NCBI GenBank assembly: GCA_964016885.1
Contig: OZ024752.1
Location: forward strand, 1,488,001 to 1,552,000
DNA length: 64,000 nt
Source of the DNA: Eledone cirrhosa
Lineage: Eukaryota
Reading direction: 5' to 3'
The notes under the pieces are model-generated. The model saw only the letters and a list, made by a program, of their open reading frames with translations, did no database searches and was not told the origin of the DNA. This document shows positions 28,914 through 41,897 of the stretch, piece by piece; position 1 is the first letter of the stretch; each line of letters opens with the position of its first letter. Both the position numbers and the translations under genes were made by a program.

Positions 28914-31900
28914 GGTGTTATATTACATGTTATATAAAACATTGTTTCATTATATATTTATTATTTTATGTATATCGATTTTTTTTATCTTACATATATA
29001 TCTTGCTAAAATACATGTAAGGCATACATTCCATTTTTTTCATTTCGTGTATGTGTAATGTCTTACCGCATCGAGAGCGTATAAAGTATATATGATAACG
29101 GCACTGATGTAAAATACATTAGTCATTTTCATTGTAGTAGAATTGATAAAATAATACGATAATGTAACGTGTCCTAGGCATACTACTGTAGCAATTGTTC
29201 TATGTCTAAACATATGCCGAACTTACATTGCATACAATCCAATATCATAATAAATGAATGTAAATTAATTCAAAAATACGACAATAATAAAAGTACAACT
29301 GCTACTAAATATGCAATCATTTTTAATCTATTTCTCACCGAAACAACAAAAATCAGTCAAGATTATATTTTTAATTATCAGAAAAATATTCTAGACCTGT
29401 ACAACATTGAGGCAGATGCATTTATATAAATCTTTTCTTTTCTTATCGTTTTACATTTGATACCTAACATAATAATTATAGCACCATACAGTGAATCCTA
29501 GTTTTCAGAGTGGGAGGAGGCACAGTTATTTCCAAGGAAGTTTCTGGAAAATATACACAAGGTGTTATACACATAAGCAAGTCAAAATTGTTCAAATAAA
29601 TTGATGTTCGTAAACTCTATTCTGATTTCTTAATTAAGAGTTCTGTAAAAGGAACATACGGCACTACTCGGATCCGATCGAGATTATAATATCCCGGACT
29701 ATTGTATTTTATTTTTCAACTTTAACATACCCATTTATTTCTTCATTTAGCGAATATTGATTTCTATCCATGCCTCTCATTCCATATTGCCCTTCTGATT
29801 CTGTCAATATAGTATATAAATTAACAGAAGGCGATACGAGCTAATTATAAAACCGATTCCGCTACGTACTTTCGAGATATGTCACAGTTTATTATTCCAG
29901 CACATGTGTGACGCTATCGGCATTTATTCATTGAAAAATCGGCATTTTCTAAGATTTTCTCCAATTGAACACCTGTGTGGTTTCATCCGTTATCGGATTT
30001 CTAATTGCAATCCGGAGAAAGTTACGTTACTTTACTGATAACGTGTTTTTACTAGGTAACATTTTTTCCCTTCAGCGTAACTACAGTAATCGATCTTTAC
30101 CATGCTGTATAATTTGTATACAAAGCCATATCTACAATACAAATACTGATAATTCAACAAATGAAGTATAGTTCTGGTTATCGTTTGGATTCTTTTCTGA
30201 ATATAATTGAAATAATAATCATCTTGAATATGCTATTTTCAATAAACATCTCGTGTCATAATTGGATATTACATGCCAAATGTAAATGTTACATCGTTTC
30301 TCTTCTAGAAGTTATTAAATCTAACATAAATCTTCATCAAATGTTGATGGCACATATAGATAATGATAATGATAAAATTAACAATTGAAATATATTATAT
30401 TATAATATAATATATTATCTCCTGTGATGAAACCTCAGTATCTATAATTCACTATTAAATAAATTATACAGTAACATTATTTTGCGTTGTTACATAACGA
30501 TTGTATGACAAACGCTACCAGAAACAGAAGTACTCATACACACAGAGCCACACACATGTATATGATTCTCTCCTCAAAGCTACACTATTCAAAATCGCTT
30601 ACTGTTTGTAGATTTCAAATAACATCAAACTGGATCTCAGCTTACAAGTAGAGTTTTAGTTGATTTTAAGTTCTTCAGCTCAACGAAGATTAATCCCATG
30701 AATAATTAATAATCGGTTTTGTATCTCAAACGGGCCCAATGGCAAGAAATCATTGCCGCACCCTTATTTTATTTTAATAGATTCGAAAAGCGAAATAATA
30801 GTAAGAATAATAATTATGAGAGTGGAGAATAGATTTGATTATAAGTTTTAATTTTAAATGTTTCGTTTTCTGAAATATATGTTTAATATAATTGATTTGA
30901 GCTCTGGAATATTGTCAATTGGTTTTTACTGATGAATGCTGAACGAATTTTAATTACGAAAAATAAACATGAATATTCTGATATAACGGTACATAGAAAG
31001 TGAATAATTAATAGAACATAATGTGTATTGAGCGTACACATGGAATATAAAACCCCGAATTCAGTTTCTAACGGATTATTATAATATCCACCAACATTAC
31101 GTATAATAAATATTGTTTAGTTAGCAAGGCATCGTGCTGAAATATATTACGGTCTAATAGAACTTATTACATTACCACACACATTCAGCATTTAAAGAAT
31201 ATGACGTTCGTTGATACGATTTTGTATGTAGTATATATAGGTGTGAGGAAGTGATTGTGTTTATGTTTGTGAAAGGTTGTGGGTCTTGCTGTGTCTATGT
31301 GTACGTATTTCGAGACGCTGCCCTAGTTATATCAAATGCATAGTGTTGGTGCTGGATTTGTGCTGCTGGATTTCTGGTAAATAGACTTCGCTTCATTTTC
31401 TACGTGTCTGACACACTTACATTTCTGCTTATCTTCCGAATCAAGTTCAATTTCGGTGTATTAGCGGAATGTCACACAATAGTTGATAATGAAAACAAAG
31501 TGTTGTGTACAGAAGATATCATGTGCCAAAAATATAAAACACACACTGAAATGATTCAGACACATTATTTTTCTCTGAATAGTACAAACGAGAATGCCTT
31601 TGGCAGTATGTGTGCTGAAATGTCAGCTGTGTAATTATAACTAGAAAACATTATAATATTTAGAATATGAGTGTCATTGAGAATGTGTAAACCACGATAT
31701 TTGCCTCAAGGCAATGCAATCAAAAGCAATTGTGGTTCGAGGTTTTTCGAAAATTTGCAGTCTTTATTCTTTTTCTCGTGCCTGTCCCAATGGCGAAGTA
31801 AGACATATATTTGTGTAAATTCAATATACATAACAAACGACTGTGCGAATTATTTTCGCTGTCAATATCAGTCCCCACAATCTATTATTTCCGTCAATAC

Positions 31901-32086
31901 CTTCCACTTGCACTACCACATTCTCCCCATCATTAAAACTAACGCCATATAATCGAATGTTGCCAGCGCCACTAGCCTCCCTATTATTATAGAAAAGTCC
32001 TAGCCACAAGTTCTCTAAGTTTGGCATAAAAACTAGTATTATGAAATAATGTATTACTATCTACACCACATATTGAATAGCCATGG

Positions 32087-32117
<31 letters not shown>

Positions 32118-32204
32118 AATAAAATTCTTATAAAGTTGAATAACAGTTTATCTACAAGTTGCAATGTAACTATAGATGATCATAGATAAAAGCAACTACA
32201 ACTA

Positions 32205-32289
<85 letters not shown>

Positions 32290-32294
<5 letters not shown>

Positions 32295-32739
32295 AGGGTT
32301 GACGGACCCAGCATATTTATCAATGCCAGTACCGGCTGTATCTCAGCGCACTCAATAGGCAATGTAAGACACATTACCAGAATATACACATAGTTATTTG
32401 CTTCAACACAGCACACGTAAATCGGGTGCCTATAAGGTTCCCGAACTCGAGTTTCTGCAGTACTAATGCAGCAGTAAGGTGCACTGCACCATCTGTCTGT
32501 ATATATTATGCAACAATGCACAATCGGCTTATGCTGCTTCATCGGCTTATGCTGCTTCATCGGCGGGTATCGCCTAATCAATAACCAATCGATCGACATA
32601 ATCCAAACACCGGCCCGCGCCGGTCATGACTGCTTGTGACAACCGACACATTAAAGCGATTAACTGGCACCCGATAGGACTCTATCTCTCAATTAGCCAC
32701 TGATTTATAAATGTTTCTGATATTTATGGACATACTTTA

Positions 32740-32795
<56 letters not shown>

Positions 32796-32807
32796 TAAAG
32801 TATGTCC
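32290..32807 (-). mobile_element. TA-flanked structured element with a short fold-back (GGACATACTTTATGA-(TA)n-TCATAAAGTATGTCC)
   Basis: GC-richer block between TA tracts. Inverted 10-mers ATCGGGTGCC (32421) / GGCACCCGAT (32666) enclose a hammerhead-like motif. Confidence 0.55.
32440..32567 (-). ncRNA. Candidate type I hammerhead, CCGAUGA (U4C) core, ~100-nt stem II domain
   Basis: Stem I CCCG/CGGG; CCGATGA; aGCAG..CTGCa; GAAA; palindromic ACTCGAGT; H17=U. Confidence 0.5.
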
Positions 32808-32849
32808 AATTAGCATAATTAACCTGACAAAAAATCAATTAGACCAGTC

Positions 32850-33020
32850 TATAAGATTAAAAGGCTCCTATGAAGAAATATTTGATAAATAAACGACAGC
32901 AGCCTCTTCGCGGCCGACCGCAATAGAGTATTCACCCAACATTTCAACAGCATGTAGAAATCGACTAAATATACCGTCAACCATACACAATTAGGTATAA
33001 AATTGGAGTTAGAAGAAATG
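32850..33020 (-). mobile_element. 3' fragment of family E element
   Basis: Reverse complement is homologous to 38093-38218 (TTTCTACATGCTGTTGAAATGTTGG..TACTCTATTG..CCGCGAAGAGG). Confidence 0.7.
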
Positions 33021-33068
33021 CTTACACTCTTACCAGGATTATGTCTCTCTCTCTCTCTCTCTCTCTCT

Positions 33069-33144
<76 letters not shown>

Positions 33145-33514
33145 GAAAAGTACAATGAAATGATGCTTCTATGGCTACGTATTTCACTCTGAGTTTAATC
33201 ACAACTGTATTAATAGGAATTGAATATAAACTCACGAAGATATTTGGAAAGAAAGAAAAGCTTGTTAATATTTTCCTGACATTTGGTTCTTTTAATTCTG
33301 TCCATCAGAATGTATAATTTGATTTGCAGAACAATTAGTATTATGATGCATTATTCAGAAACTTAAAGGGAAATATACATTCAGTTTATGCCACGTTATG
33401 ACTGGTAAATGAAATATAATTATTTCCTTACAAATGTTTATATTCCACAGTGAGTAAATGAATCTATATTGCAATTCAGATGCATGTTGTGTATAGTGAA
33501 TCATATCTATCTAT

Positions 33515-34686
33515 GCGGAGGTGGCGAACACTTACTTAGCGTCCATCATCTACTTCCGCTTGACAGTCGCGAGGAACAGGCTCCATTGGTGAGGAGTTCC
33601 ATCTGCTACCAACACCCTTCTGACGGAGGGCTGGCCATGCCGTGGCTGATGATACGCAAACACGCGCTGAGACTACACCATCTCCAGGTACTCCTGACTG
33701 GCAAATCGGTGTGGCTGTCGTTTGTGAGACGAGCTCTTCCACACCTCGTATCACTAACAGAGGTGCAGTCCTGGGCCAAGCGAAGGCCCAAAATGGGTGC
33801 CTGGCACCTCGAGTGCCTTCAGGCAGGCGCTCACAGTCCTCTGCCAAGCAGAAACGGCAATTAGCGGCGACTCCATTTCGACATTCTATAGAGGATTAGT
33901 GGAGGATATGTGCGATTACGTTCTCGGGGAAACTCTAGGCACCGAGGAGGACGAACTGACCAGTCTGTTCGGGAGGACTTTCCGTCCAGGGCCTATGGAT
34001 AACCTCCTGAGGTCTCTGGTCTGGCAGTGCTACCGAGGAGCTTTACCAGTTAGAGACAAAATCCACAGGCACGGACACCTTGGCAGAGATCATTCCAAAA
34101 GGACCTGTCCAAGATGCGAGCAGAACATCGAAACCGTTCTCCACGCAATTGTTCAGTGCCCAGAGGTGATCGACCTGTGGAAATATGTCGAACAGCTACT
34201 GTCACGTGTGGAATGCATCCAGTTGTCATCATGAGGATCATGCCCCCTCCCCGTCTTCGTTTAAGAATGAAGGAGAGGCGGTCCTCCTCTGCCTGGTGGC
34301 TATGACGAAAGAGGTAATATGGTGGACGAGGTTAGAAGGACTGAGACCAAACACCTTTCTCTCGGGCAAACTCATCCCCTTCTTTAAGTACCACTTCAGA
34401 AGGAAGGAAAGAGATGTGCTACACCCCAGTAAATTCGCTGAAAGATGGGTTAATGTGGCGAAAATGGCCCGAGTGAATGGTCCTTCTCTGTATATAAACC
34501 TGTAGGTTGAGGAAGATAAACAGGGGGAAGACGGGACCACCTTATTGGGGATTTCAATTGTTATTTTATTATATATAGTTTATTGTTATTTATTAATGTT
34601 AAAGTTATATGATATCTATTTAAAACCCCCGCCGTGATGTCTTGTAATGTCCCCTTTTTGTACGCATTTGTGGCAAATAAAGAAAG
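33515..34686 (+). mobile_element. 5'-truncated Tx1/L1-clade LINE (ORF2 C-terminus with zf-RVT, frameshifted)
   Basis: LVWQCYRGALPV..CPRC..ETVLHAIVQCP..LW zinc-binding motif. AATAAA near the 3' end. 12-bp target duplication ATATCTATCTAT at 33503-33514 and 34687-34698. Confidence 0.85.
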
Positions 34687-34741
34687 ATATCTATCTATTT
34701 CTCTCTCTCTCCCTCCCCCCTCTCTCTATCTCTCTCTCTCT

Positions 34742-34784
<43 letters not shown>

Positions 34785-34789
<5 letters not shown>

Positions 34790-35360
34790 TGTGCGTATAG
34801 TATATTTTATAATATACTGTATGTTTATTTAAAAAAAACATTTTGAAGACCTATGGCATTTACTGTAGTGACTACGTCACGTAGATAGTACCGGCAAAAG
34901 CAAAGTGGGTAATCGACGTTCATCGTTTCTCGCTGATAAACGGTTGTCAAGACTACTCACCACTTCGATTCTACTGATAGTTATAGAAGCTGGATTCTTA
35001 TTGAATTCCAGTTATGTTTATGAGCTGTTTAAACTTATTAACATACAGAGCGGTTGACAGCCCGGCAAAAATTAGAAATTAGTATTAGTGCTCTGAAATA
35101 ACGATGTATATATGAATGTAGTTATAGTATATTTGATAATATACTGTATGTTATTTTAAACCATTTTGAAGACCATTCGCTATGAATTTTAAAGTAGTGA
35201 CTACGTCACATACTCAGTCTTGGCAAGGCAAAGGGGAGTAATCGACTGTCACCATTTCTTGCTCAGCTCAGAAACATAACTGGAATTCTATAAGAATCCA
35301 GCTTCTATAACACTCGGCAGAACCGAAGAGGTATGTGGTCTTGACAACCGCTTATGACAG
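34785..35360 (-). mobile_element. Retrozyme-like family D relative: 323-bp tandem unit followed by an inverted segment
   Basis: TTTTGAAGACC..GTAGTGACTACGTCAC recurs at 34841 and 35164. 35265-35352 is an inverted copy of ~34940-35027. Patchy homology to 38330-38940. Confidence 0.7.
34904..34964 (-). ncRNA. Type I hammerhead, UUGACAA (U3-A8) core, GUC site
   Basis: AGTGG..GTC-TTGACAA-cCG-tttatcag-CGa-GAAA-CG-atgaa-CG-TC-GAT..CCACT. Confidence 0.6.
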
Positions 35361-37123
35361 GCCTGTTTTTCGTCCCAAGGTGTGTCCCAAATTACCCTCC
35401 TCACCAAGCAGGCTTGGTCACTTAATATGTGACAATTTTGGGGATGCATGACATCAGATATGAAAAATATATTATCTAGATTTAATGACCACGTGATGCA
35501 CATTAACATTATGCAAACGGTTAGATTTTTAGAACACTGTGAGACGTTTTTGAAATACATCCCTAAAATGTTAATATCATTAACCACCATATTTCAACAA
35601 TTCATTCGAAGTATTTCCAAAGATGAAATTAAGATGTAAACTGAATCTATCTACTTATATTCTTCTAATAAAAGAAATGTATCATATGATAGCATATTAT
35701 TAATATCTCATAGTAGTTTATCAAAGAAAATTACATTGAAATATGAGTTATTATCAGTGAATTAATGAATATTTGATGTCCTACGACATTATCGAGTAAA
35801 GATATATTTCTGTCGTCAAAACCGACGTCTGTTAATTGTTATGTATTTAAGATAAAGCTCACTGATCTGCATACTCGTATGCATACATATGATAACATTA
35901 TTTAGTAATTACTTTGCGGAAGTTTATAATGGAATATTGCCCACAGAACATCAATGCGTAGTAATATTTAGATTGTAGATAATTAATAAAGGATTTGATT
36001 TTAAATTATTTTGAATAAGTAAAGGTGCATTTTCAAGCAGATGTGAATCTGGTGAAGGTTAATAGGAAGATAAAATTAATTTAACATTTCTAATATATGG
36101 AATGCGGTAAAACTCTAACGCAAATGTAAGTTAAGAAGAAAGCATTAAGGAATGAATTCTGTTCAATAATCCTAATTACGGCATTTTAAATTTTCTTTGA
36201 TCATCTCTTCCGAAATTATTGAAATCAATAAGTGAACAAAAAGAAAAAGAGCCGATAGTCGGACCGGACCAGAGAAAATATAATTCCATTCGCTTTTCCG
36301 GTCGCAATTTCTGGCAGAAGGAGATGGTAATGGACTTCGGAATCTACAGAGCCTGTTCAAAATCATATTACCGACTATTTAATGATTTTTCAATTCAATC
36401 GCCCCGGATTGGTAATTTGTCTATCATACACCAACATTGGAGGGATTCCAACGTAAATTTCAATATCATGGGCCCGGTACATTTGAGATAGGCCCTTAGA
36501 GGCGAAAGCTAATAATACTTGTCAAGTAGACAAGCAATGTTGTTTTTCTGAATAATGTCTAACAATGGTTACCATACGTAAAATTGATCCGACCTTCAGC
36601 TTGGTGTATTTTGAAGAGAACCTCCTCGCCTTCCTTTAACACGAAGCGTAATCACGGTGAAAGAGATTCACTATTTAACATGATTGAATAAAAATGAATA
36701 CAGGCATATGTATCTATGGTTAAAGACACTAGAAGTGGAAATTCAGGATGGAGAAAGAAGGGCTGATATTCTGCAAATGTTTAAAAACCTTTAAAAGAGA
36801 AGCAAGCATGATACAATTAAACGGGTCTTCTCTGAGTGTGCACGTATACACCGGAAGAAAAAAACTGAGAAAAGACACTTGCCTTGACTAAACAAGTCAA
36901 TGAGTTGTTTATGCGTTTCCCACGATTAACTCACGGAAATCACACATTTAGGCAGACCTTTTTATTTGTTTTTCTATTTCCTCTTTACGTTTTCTTGGAA
37001 ACCCACATAATAATATGTAACTATTATTAAAAATTAGAATATAAAAAAAAATATATTGATATAGGCAAATAATCAAGGAAATATTTAACATAATTAACAT
37101 ATTTGTATATATAATATAATATA

Positions 37124-37185
<62 letters not shown>

Positions 37186-37375
37186 ACAGCATATATATGT
37201 GTAGGTATGTATATTTCCTCTGATAGTTTGTAAAATGTTTACATAGATCTATATGATATACATACCAACAGACACATATATATCCTTGAAACGATCGTAA
37301 AATGATCAATTTTTTAATATAAGGAACTGTTTCTTTGTTTTTATTCATTGTTTTTATTAATTTATATATATATAT

Positions 37376-37620
37376 ATAACGAAGGAAGTGTGGTAAGGAA
37401 CCAGATGGACAATAACGCACCAGAGTACTCAATACTTAGGGTAGTAGAGTGGGTAGTAGTGAAATTTAAGTAAGTAAGTTAATTACTATAATTTTCTTAT
37501 TTTCGTCTTTTATATAATTGTTCTACATCTCTTTGTATTGAACCACAAAGTTACTAAGACAAAACCTCTTTTTTTGTTAGCGTAAGTATACATCTGTATA
37601 AATATGTTGGTAGATATACT

Positions 37621-37625
<5 letters not shown>
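37376..37625. mobile_element. Head-to-head chimera: family F 3' end (-, 37376-37457) joined to family C post-ribozyme segment (+, 37456-37625)
   Basis: Left part matches the reverse complement of 47365-47445. Right part matches the reverse complement of ~18610-18770. Confidence 0.7.
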
Positions 37626-37670
<45 letters not shown>

Positions 37671-37767
37671 CTCTCTCTATATATATATATATATAAAGAA
37701 AAAAAGATGAAATCAAAAATGCAACTGGAGTCATATTTTAAAAAATATATATATATTTATTTGGTTC

Positions 37768-37803
37768 CTTTACCAGTTTCGCAGTTCTTCTGCTTTTCAA
37801 AAG
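37768..37803 (-). ncRNA. Minimal type I hammerhead, UUGAAAA (U3-A8) core
   Basis: CTT-TTGAAAA-GCAG-aagaa-CTGC-GAAA-CTGG-TA-AAG. Confidence 0.65.
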
Positions 37804-37880
37804 TAGAGTTGAGATGGAGAGTCTGTGGATTTTCTCACATTTGATGTGTGAAAAACCACAGACCCTCTATCTCAACTCTA

Positions 37881-37916
37881 CCTTTGAAAAGCAGAAGAAC
37901 TGCGAAACCGGTAAAG
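37881..37916 (+). ncRNA. Minimal type I hammerhead, UUGAAAA (U3-A8) core, palindromic ACCGGU stem III, GUA site after 37913
   Basis: CCT-TTGAAAA-GCAG-aagaa-CTGC-GAAA-CCGG-TA-AAG, with one stem I mismatch. Confidence 0.65.
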
Positions 37917-37997
37917 GAACCAAATAAATATATATATTTAAAAAAAAATAAGACTCCGGTTGCATTTTCGAAAACTAAATGTCTAACTTTGAGTTTG

Positions 37998-38074
37998 TCT
38001 CCTGATGAATCCGATACTCCGGACATATCCTATTAATTGGATGTCTAAAAATACGAATGAAACTATGTTAGAGA
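37998..38074 (+). ncRNA. Partly degenerate type I hammerhead, CUGAUGA core, long stem II
   Basis: TCTC-CTGATGA-ATCCG..GACATatCC-tattaatt-GGATGTC..CGAAT-GAAA-CTATGTTA-GAGA. Stem III register is imperfect. Confidence 0.55.
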
Positions 38075-38214
38075 TATAATTACGGTATGTACACATTTCT
38101 TCTAAGTTTGAATTTGCACCTAATTGTCAGTTTCTACATGCTGTTGAAATGTTGGATAAATACTCTATTGGGGCCACCGCGAAGAGGACGCTTTCGGTTA
38201 TTTGACGGAAATTT

Positions 38215-38286
<72 letters not shown>

Positions 38287-38427
38287 CATATTTTAACATA
38301 TTTGTATATATAATATATATATACAAATTGCTCCAATTCTAATCTTTAATTTCTGCCTGACAAACAACCGCTCTGCATAATCAGCTCCTGATTATTTACT
38401 AGATTTCTATAAGAATATAACATCAAT

Positions 38428-38520
38428 GATCTCAGCAAACAGGTGGGGTAGTTGGCCTTGATAAGCTTCAACCAAAGCGAAACAAGTCTTGTCGGCTTAT
38501 CTCCCCTGTTTGCTGAGATC
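38428..38520 (+). ncRNA. Extended type I hammerhead ribozyme, UUGAUAA (U3-A8) core, GUC cleavage predicted after 38493
   Basis: Stem I GATCTCAGCAAACAGG..GGGGTAG.ttg.GCC / GGC.TTATCTCC.CCTGTTTGCTGAGATC; stem II GCTT-caacca-AAGC; GAAA; stem III ACAAG-t-CTTGT; H17=C. Confidence 0.85.
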
Positions 38521-38743
38521 AAAGTGAGTGAATTTGTCACTACTTTAAAACAATAGCTTACGGTCTTCAAAATGCTTTTAATTAAGCATAAAGTGTATTG
38601 CAAAATACATTATATATACATCCATATATATATTGCTATTTCAGAGCTCCAATTCTAATCTTTAATTTCTGCCTGACCAACAACCGCTCTGCATAATCAG
38701 CTCCTGATTATTTACTAGATTTCTATAAGAATATAATATCAAT

Positions 38744-38836
38744 GATCTCAGCAAACAGGTGGGGTAGTTGGCCTTGATAAGCTTCAACCAAAGCGAAACA
38801 AGTCTTGTCGGCTTATCTCCTCTGTTTGCTGAGATC
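38744..38836 (+). ncRNA. Extended type I hammerhead ribozyme, second family D copy, cleavage predicted after 38809
   Basis: Same as 38428-38520 except one G-C to G-U change in distal stem I. Confidence 0.85.
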
Positions 38837-39059
38837 AAAGTGAGTGAATTTGTCACTACTTTAAAACAATAGCTTACGGTCTTCAAAATGCTTTTAATTA
38901 AGCATAAAATGTATTGCAAAATACATTATATATACATATATATATATATAGTAATAATAATAAAATTGAAGACTAAAATCCAGAGAGGGCTCGATAAGGA
39001 AAATATATATCAAATATATAAGAACCGAAGAGCAAATATTTATTAAAATAACAGATTAA

Positions 39060-39110
39060 AGTTTAAGCAAATAATCGCTGCTTTCACCCTTAATGGGATC
39101 TTCTGAAACT
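39060..39110 (-). ncRNA. Type I hammerhead-like motif, CAGAAGA (U4A) core
   Basis: AGTTT-CAGAAGA-tCCC-attaa-GGGt-GAAA-GCA-gcgattatt-TGC-TT-AAACT. Confidence 0.65.
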
Positions 39111-39693
39111 AACAAAGTCAATCTGTAAACGCAGAACTGAATATTTCAAAAAACGTTGCAACCGGAGGAAGACAGGAAGACGATACTTTGGTTCATGGTG
39201 ACGTTCGCTGGCAAAGAACGGGAAAAAACGAATAATACGTCATTAATAGGAGCGGTGAAAAACAATTACGTGCAAGGACAGAACCACGGTTATGGTATAA
39301 AAGAGGTCGTAGACTAATGTTCTCTAAGTGGTGCATAGAGACGTAGTCTACGACTTCTGCTATACCATTTACGTGGTTTTGTCTTTGCACGCTATTGTTC
39401 TCCACGCTCCACATATGACGTATTATCTTCGTTTTTTCGTTCATTGCCAGAGAACGTCTCTATGCACCACTTAGAGAACATTAGTCTACGACCTCTTTTA
39501 TACCATAAACGTGGTTCTGTCTTTGCGTGTAATTGTTTTTCACCGCTCTAAATAATCACATATTATATTCGTTTTTTCCCGTTCTTTGCCAGGGAACGTT
39601 ACCACGAACCAAAGTATCGTCTTCCTGTCTTCCTCCGGTTGCAACGTTTTTTGAAATATCCAGTTCTGCGTTTACAGATTGACTTTTTTGTGT

Positions 39694-39744
39694 AGTTTCA
39701 GAAGATCCCGTTAAGGGTGAAAGCAGCGATTCTTTGCTTAAACT
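39694..39744 (+). ncRNA. Type I hammerhead-like motif, CAGAAGA (U4A) core, predicted CUU site after 39739
   Basis: Stem I AGTTT/AAACT; stem II CCC/GGG; GAAA; stem III AGCA/TGCT. Confidence 0.65.
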
Positions 39745-39755
39745 TTAATCTGTTA

Positions 39756-40243
<488 letters not shown>

Positions 40244-41794
40244 TTCTACTTGGACCAGTGATCGATAAATAGTATTAGCAATTGGAAAGACCTATGGAAG
40301 CATCGTTTCCTCCGTCTGATTTAATGAAAGTCGATCGCCTGACGATATATATATATTCATATGTGTGTGTGTGTGTGATGTGTGTGTGTGTCTGTTTGTG
40401 CGTGTAACTATATATCGTGCGAATATTATATGGAGCATCACACCATTCATTTTCTGTTCAAGGAGTCAGCAAGCCGTTTCCAGTTATCACTATTCCAGTA
40501 TATATATTACAAGGGGAATTGTAATTATGTATGTTAATTTCTGTAATGAATGACAATAATTTACTTTTCTATTGAATACCCCTGAACATATATATCTAAA
40601 TAGATTACACTTCGTGTTTTTGATGCAATTACTTTAATTACATTCCGAACGCAATTATGTGAATTAGTAATTAAATTCAAAAGCCTCTTCTGTAATAACA
40701 ATATTTGAATATATATAATTGTAATTTAAATACACTTAATTTCAATATCGATTTTTCTATCTCTAATTTTGTATATTAAAACTATTTATTTTGTCTGTTT
40801 TTCCCTTTTAATTTCTTATTTAATATTCCGCTATCATAATAAGCAAGTGTTTGTATCATTTAAAAATCTGACCATCATAAGTTATATAAAATATTACGAC
40901 AATATGAAAATAAAGAAGTTCCTCTTGATGATAATATTTTGAAATATTCTGTCTTCAAATGTTAGGTAGTCATGGCTAGAATCCGTTGGTGCACAGCCTA
41001 ACTATGTTTGTGTTGAAGTAGGACCAGAAAAAATGTCGCTACGATTTAAACAGAAGTTAAAGAAAAACGATTATAATATATATGATTCATAATCTTTTAG
41101 GAATATTCATTAAAGCCTCCCATTGATCATGCACAGACCACTCATAAATTACAAGGAAATATATATTCGTTTTCCTACACATTTAACTCTGAGATTAATT
41201 TTTACACTATCGGATGTTACACGTGCTAACGGTTTCATAAGAAATATGGGAATAAATATAAACAGACGCAGGCATAGAATTAAGGGAATTTTAACAGTAG
41301 CACGCATGAAAAGAGAGCAGAGAAAGGAACAAACATCAGAATGTTAAAAATGAGAGGCTTAATATTTAAAAAGAGGCTGCAACAAATGGTAGTAGATATA
41401 AATACTATAGCCAACCCAAATATATGTCAAGGGCGTAGCATAATAAAATAGAAGATAATTGAATTGAAAGAATGAGACAGAAAACAACAGAAATAAGACT
41501 ACACATATCTGGCCCGAACATACAGAATATAGCTTGTATAGCTTGTATACTTATCGCATGTACATGGAGAGTCAGACGTATACAAATGGAACATTTCTAG
41601 ACATGAAATTTACAGAGACGCATGCTAATTCGTGGATGAAATAAGAATACAATGAACAGAGAGCAAGGGATATACCTATATATAAAAAGAAAGATTAATC
41701 TACAAACGAGAAAATAACAACACTGGCATTTTTATACGGATGTGTCAACATCAGTTAAAATAAAAACGCATTTCCAGATAATATTATTTAAGAA

Positions 41795-41897
41795 ATCTCG
41801 CCGAGGTTAACTTTGCCTTTCATCCTTACGGGGTCGATAAAATAAAGTACCAGTCATGTACTGGTTAATTGCTGGCCTTGTTCCTAATGTAGAAACA
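41795..41897 (+). mobile_element. 5'-truncated SINE family 1
   Basis: Core GCCTTTCATCCTTACGGGGTCGATAAAATAAAGTACCAG. TSD ATTATTTAAGAA at 41783 and 41898. Confidence 0.9.

Larger units (their letters stand above)
37716..38218 (+). mobile_element. Fold-back element family E (palindrome 37716-37968, apex ~37842; long arm to (TA)n at 38218)
   Basis: Imperfect inverted arms of about 125 bp. Two different hammerhead motifs in the long arm. Confidence 0.8.
38330..38940 (+). mobile_element. Retrozyme-like family D: two near-identical head-to-tail 316-bp units
   Basis: 38330-38645 repeats at 38646-~38940. One hammerhead per unit. Flanked by TA-rich tracts. Confidence 0.9.
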
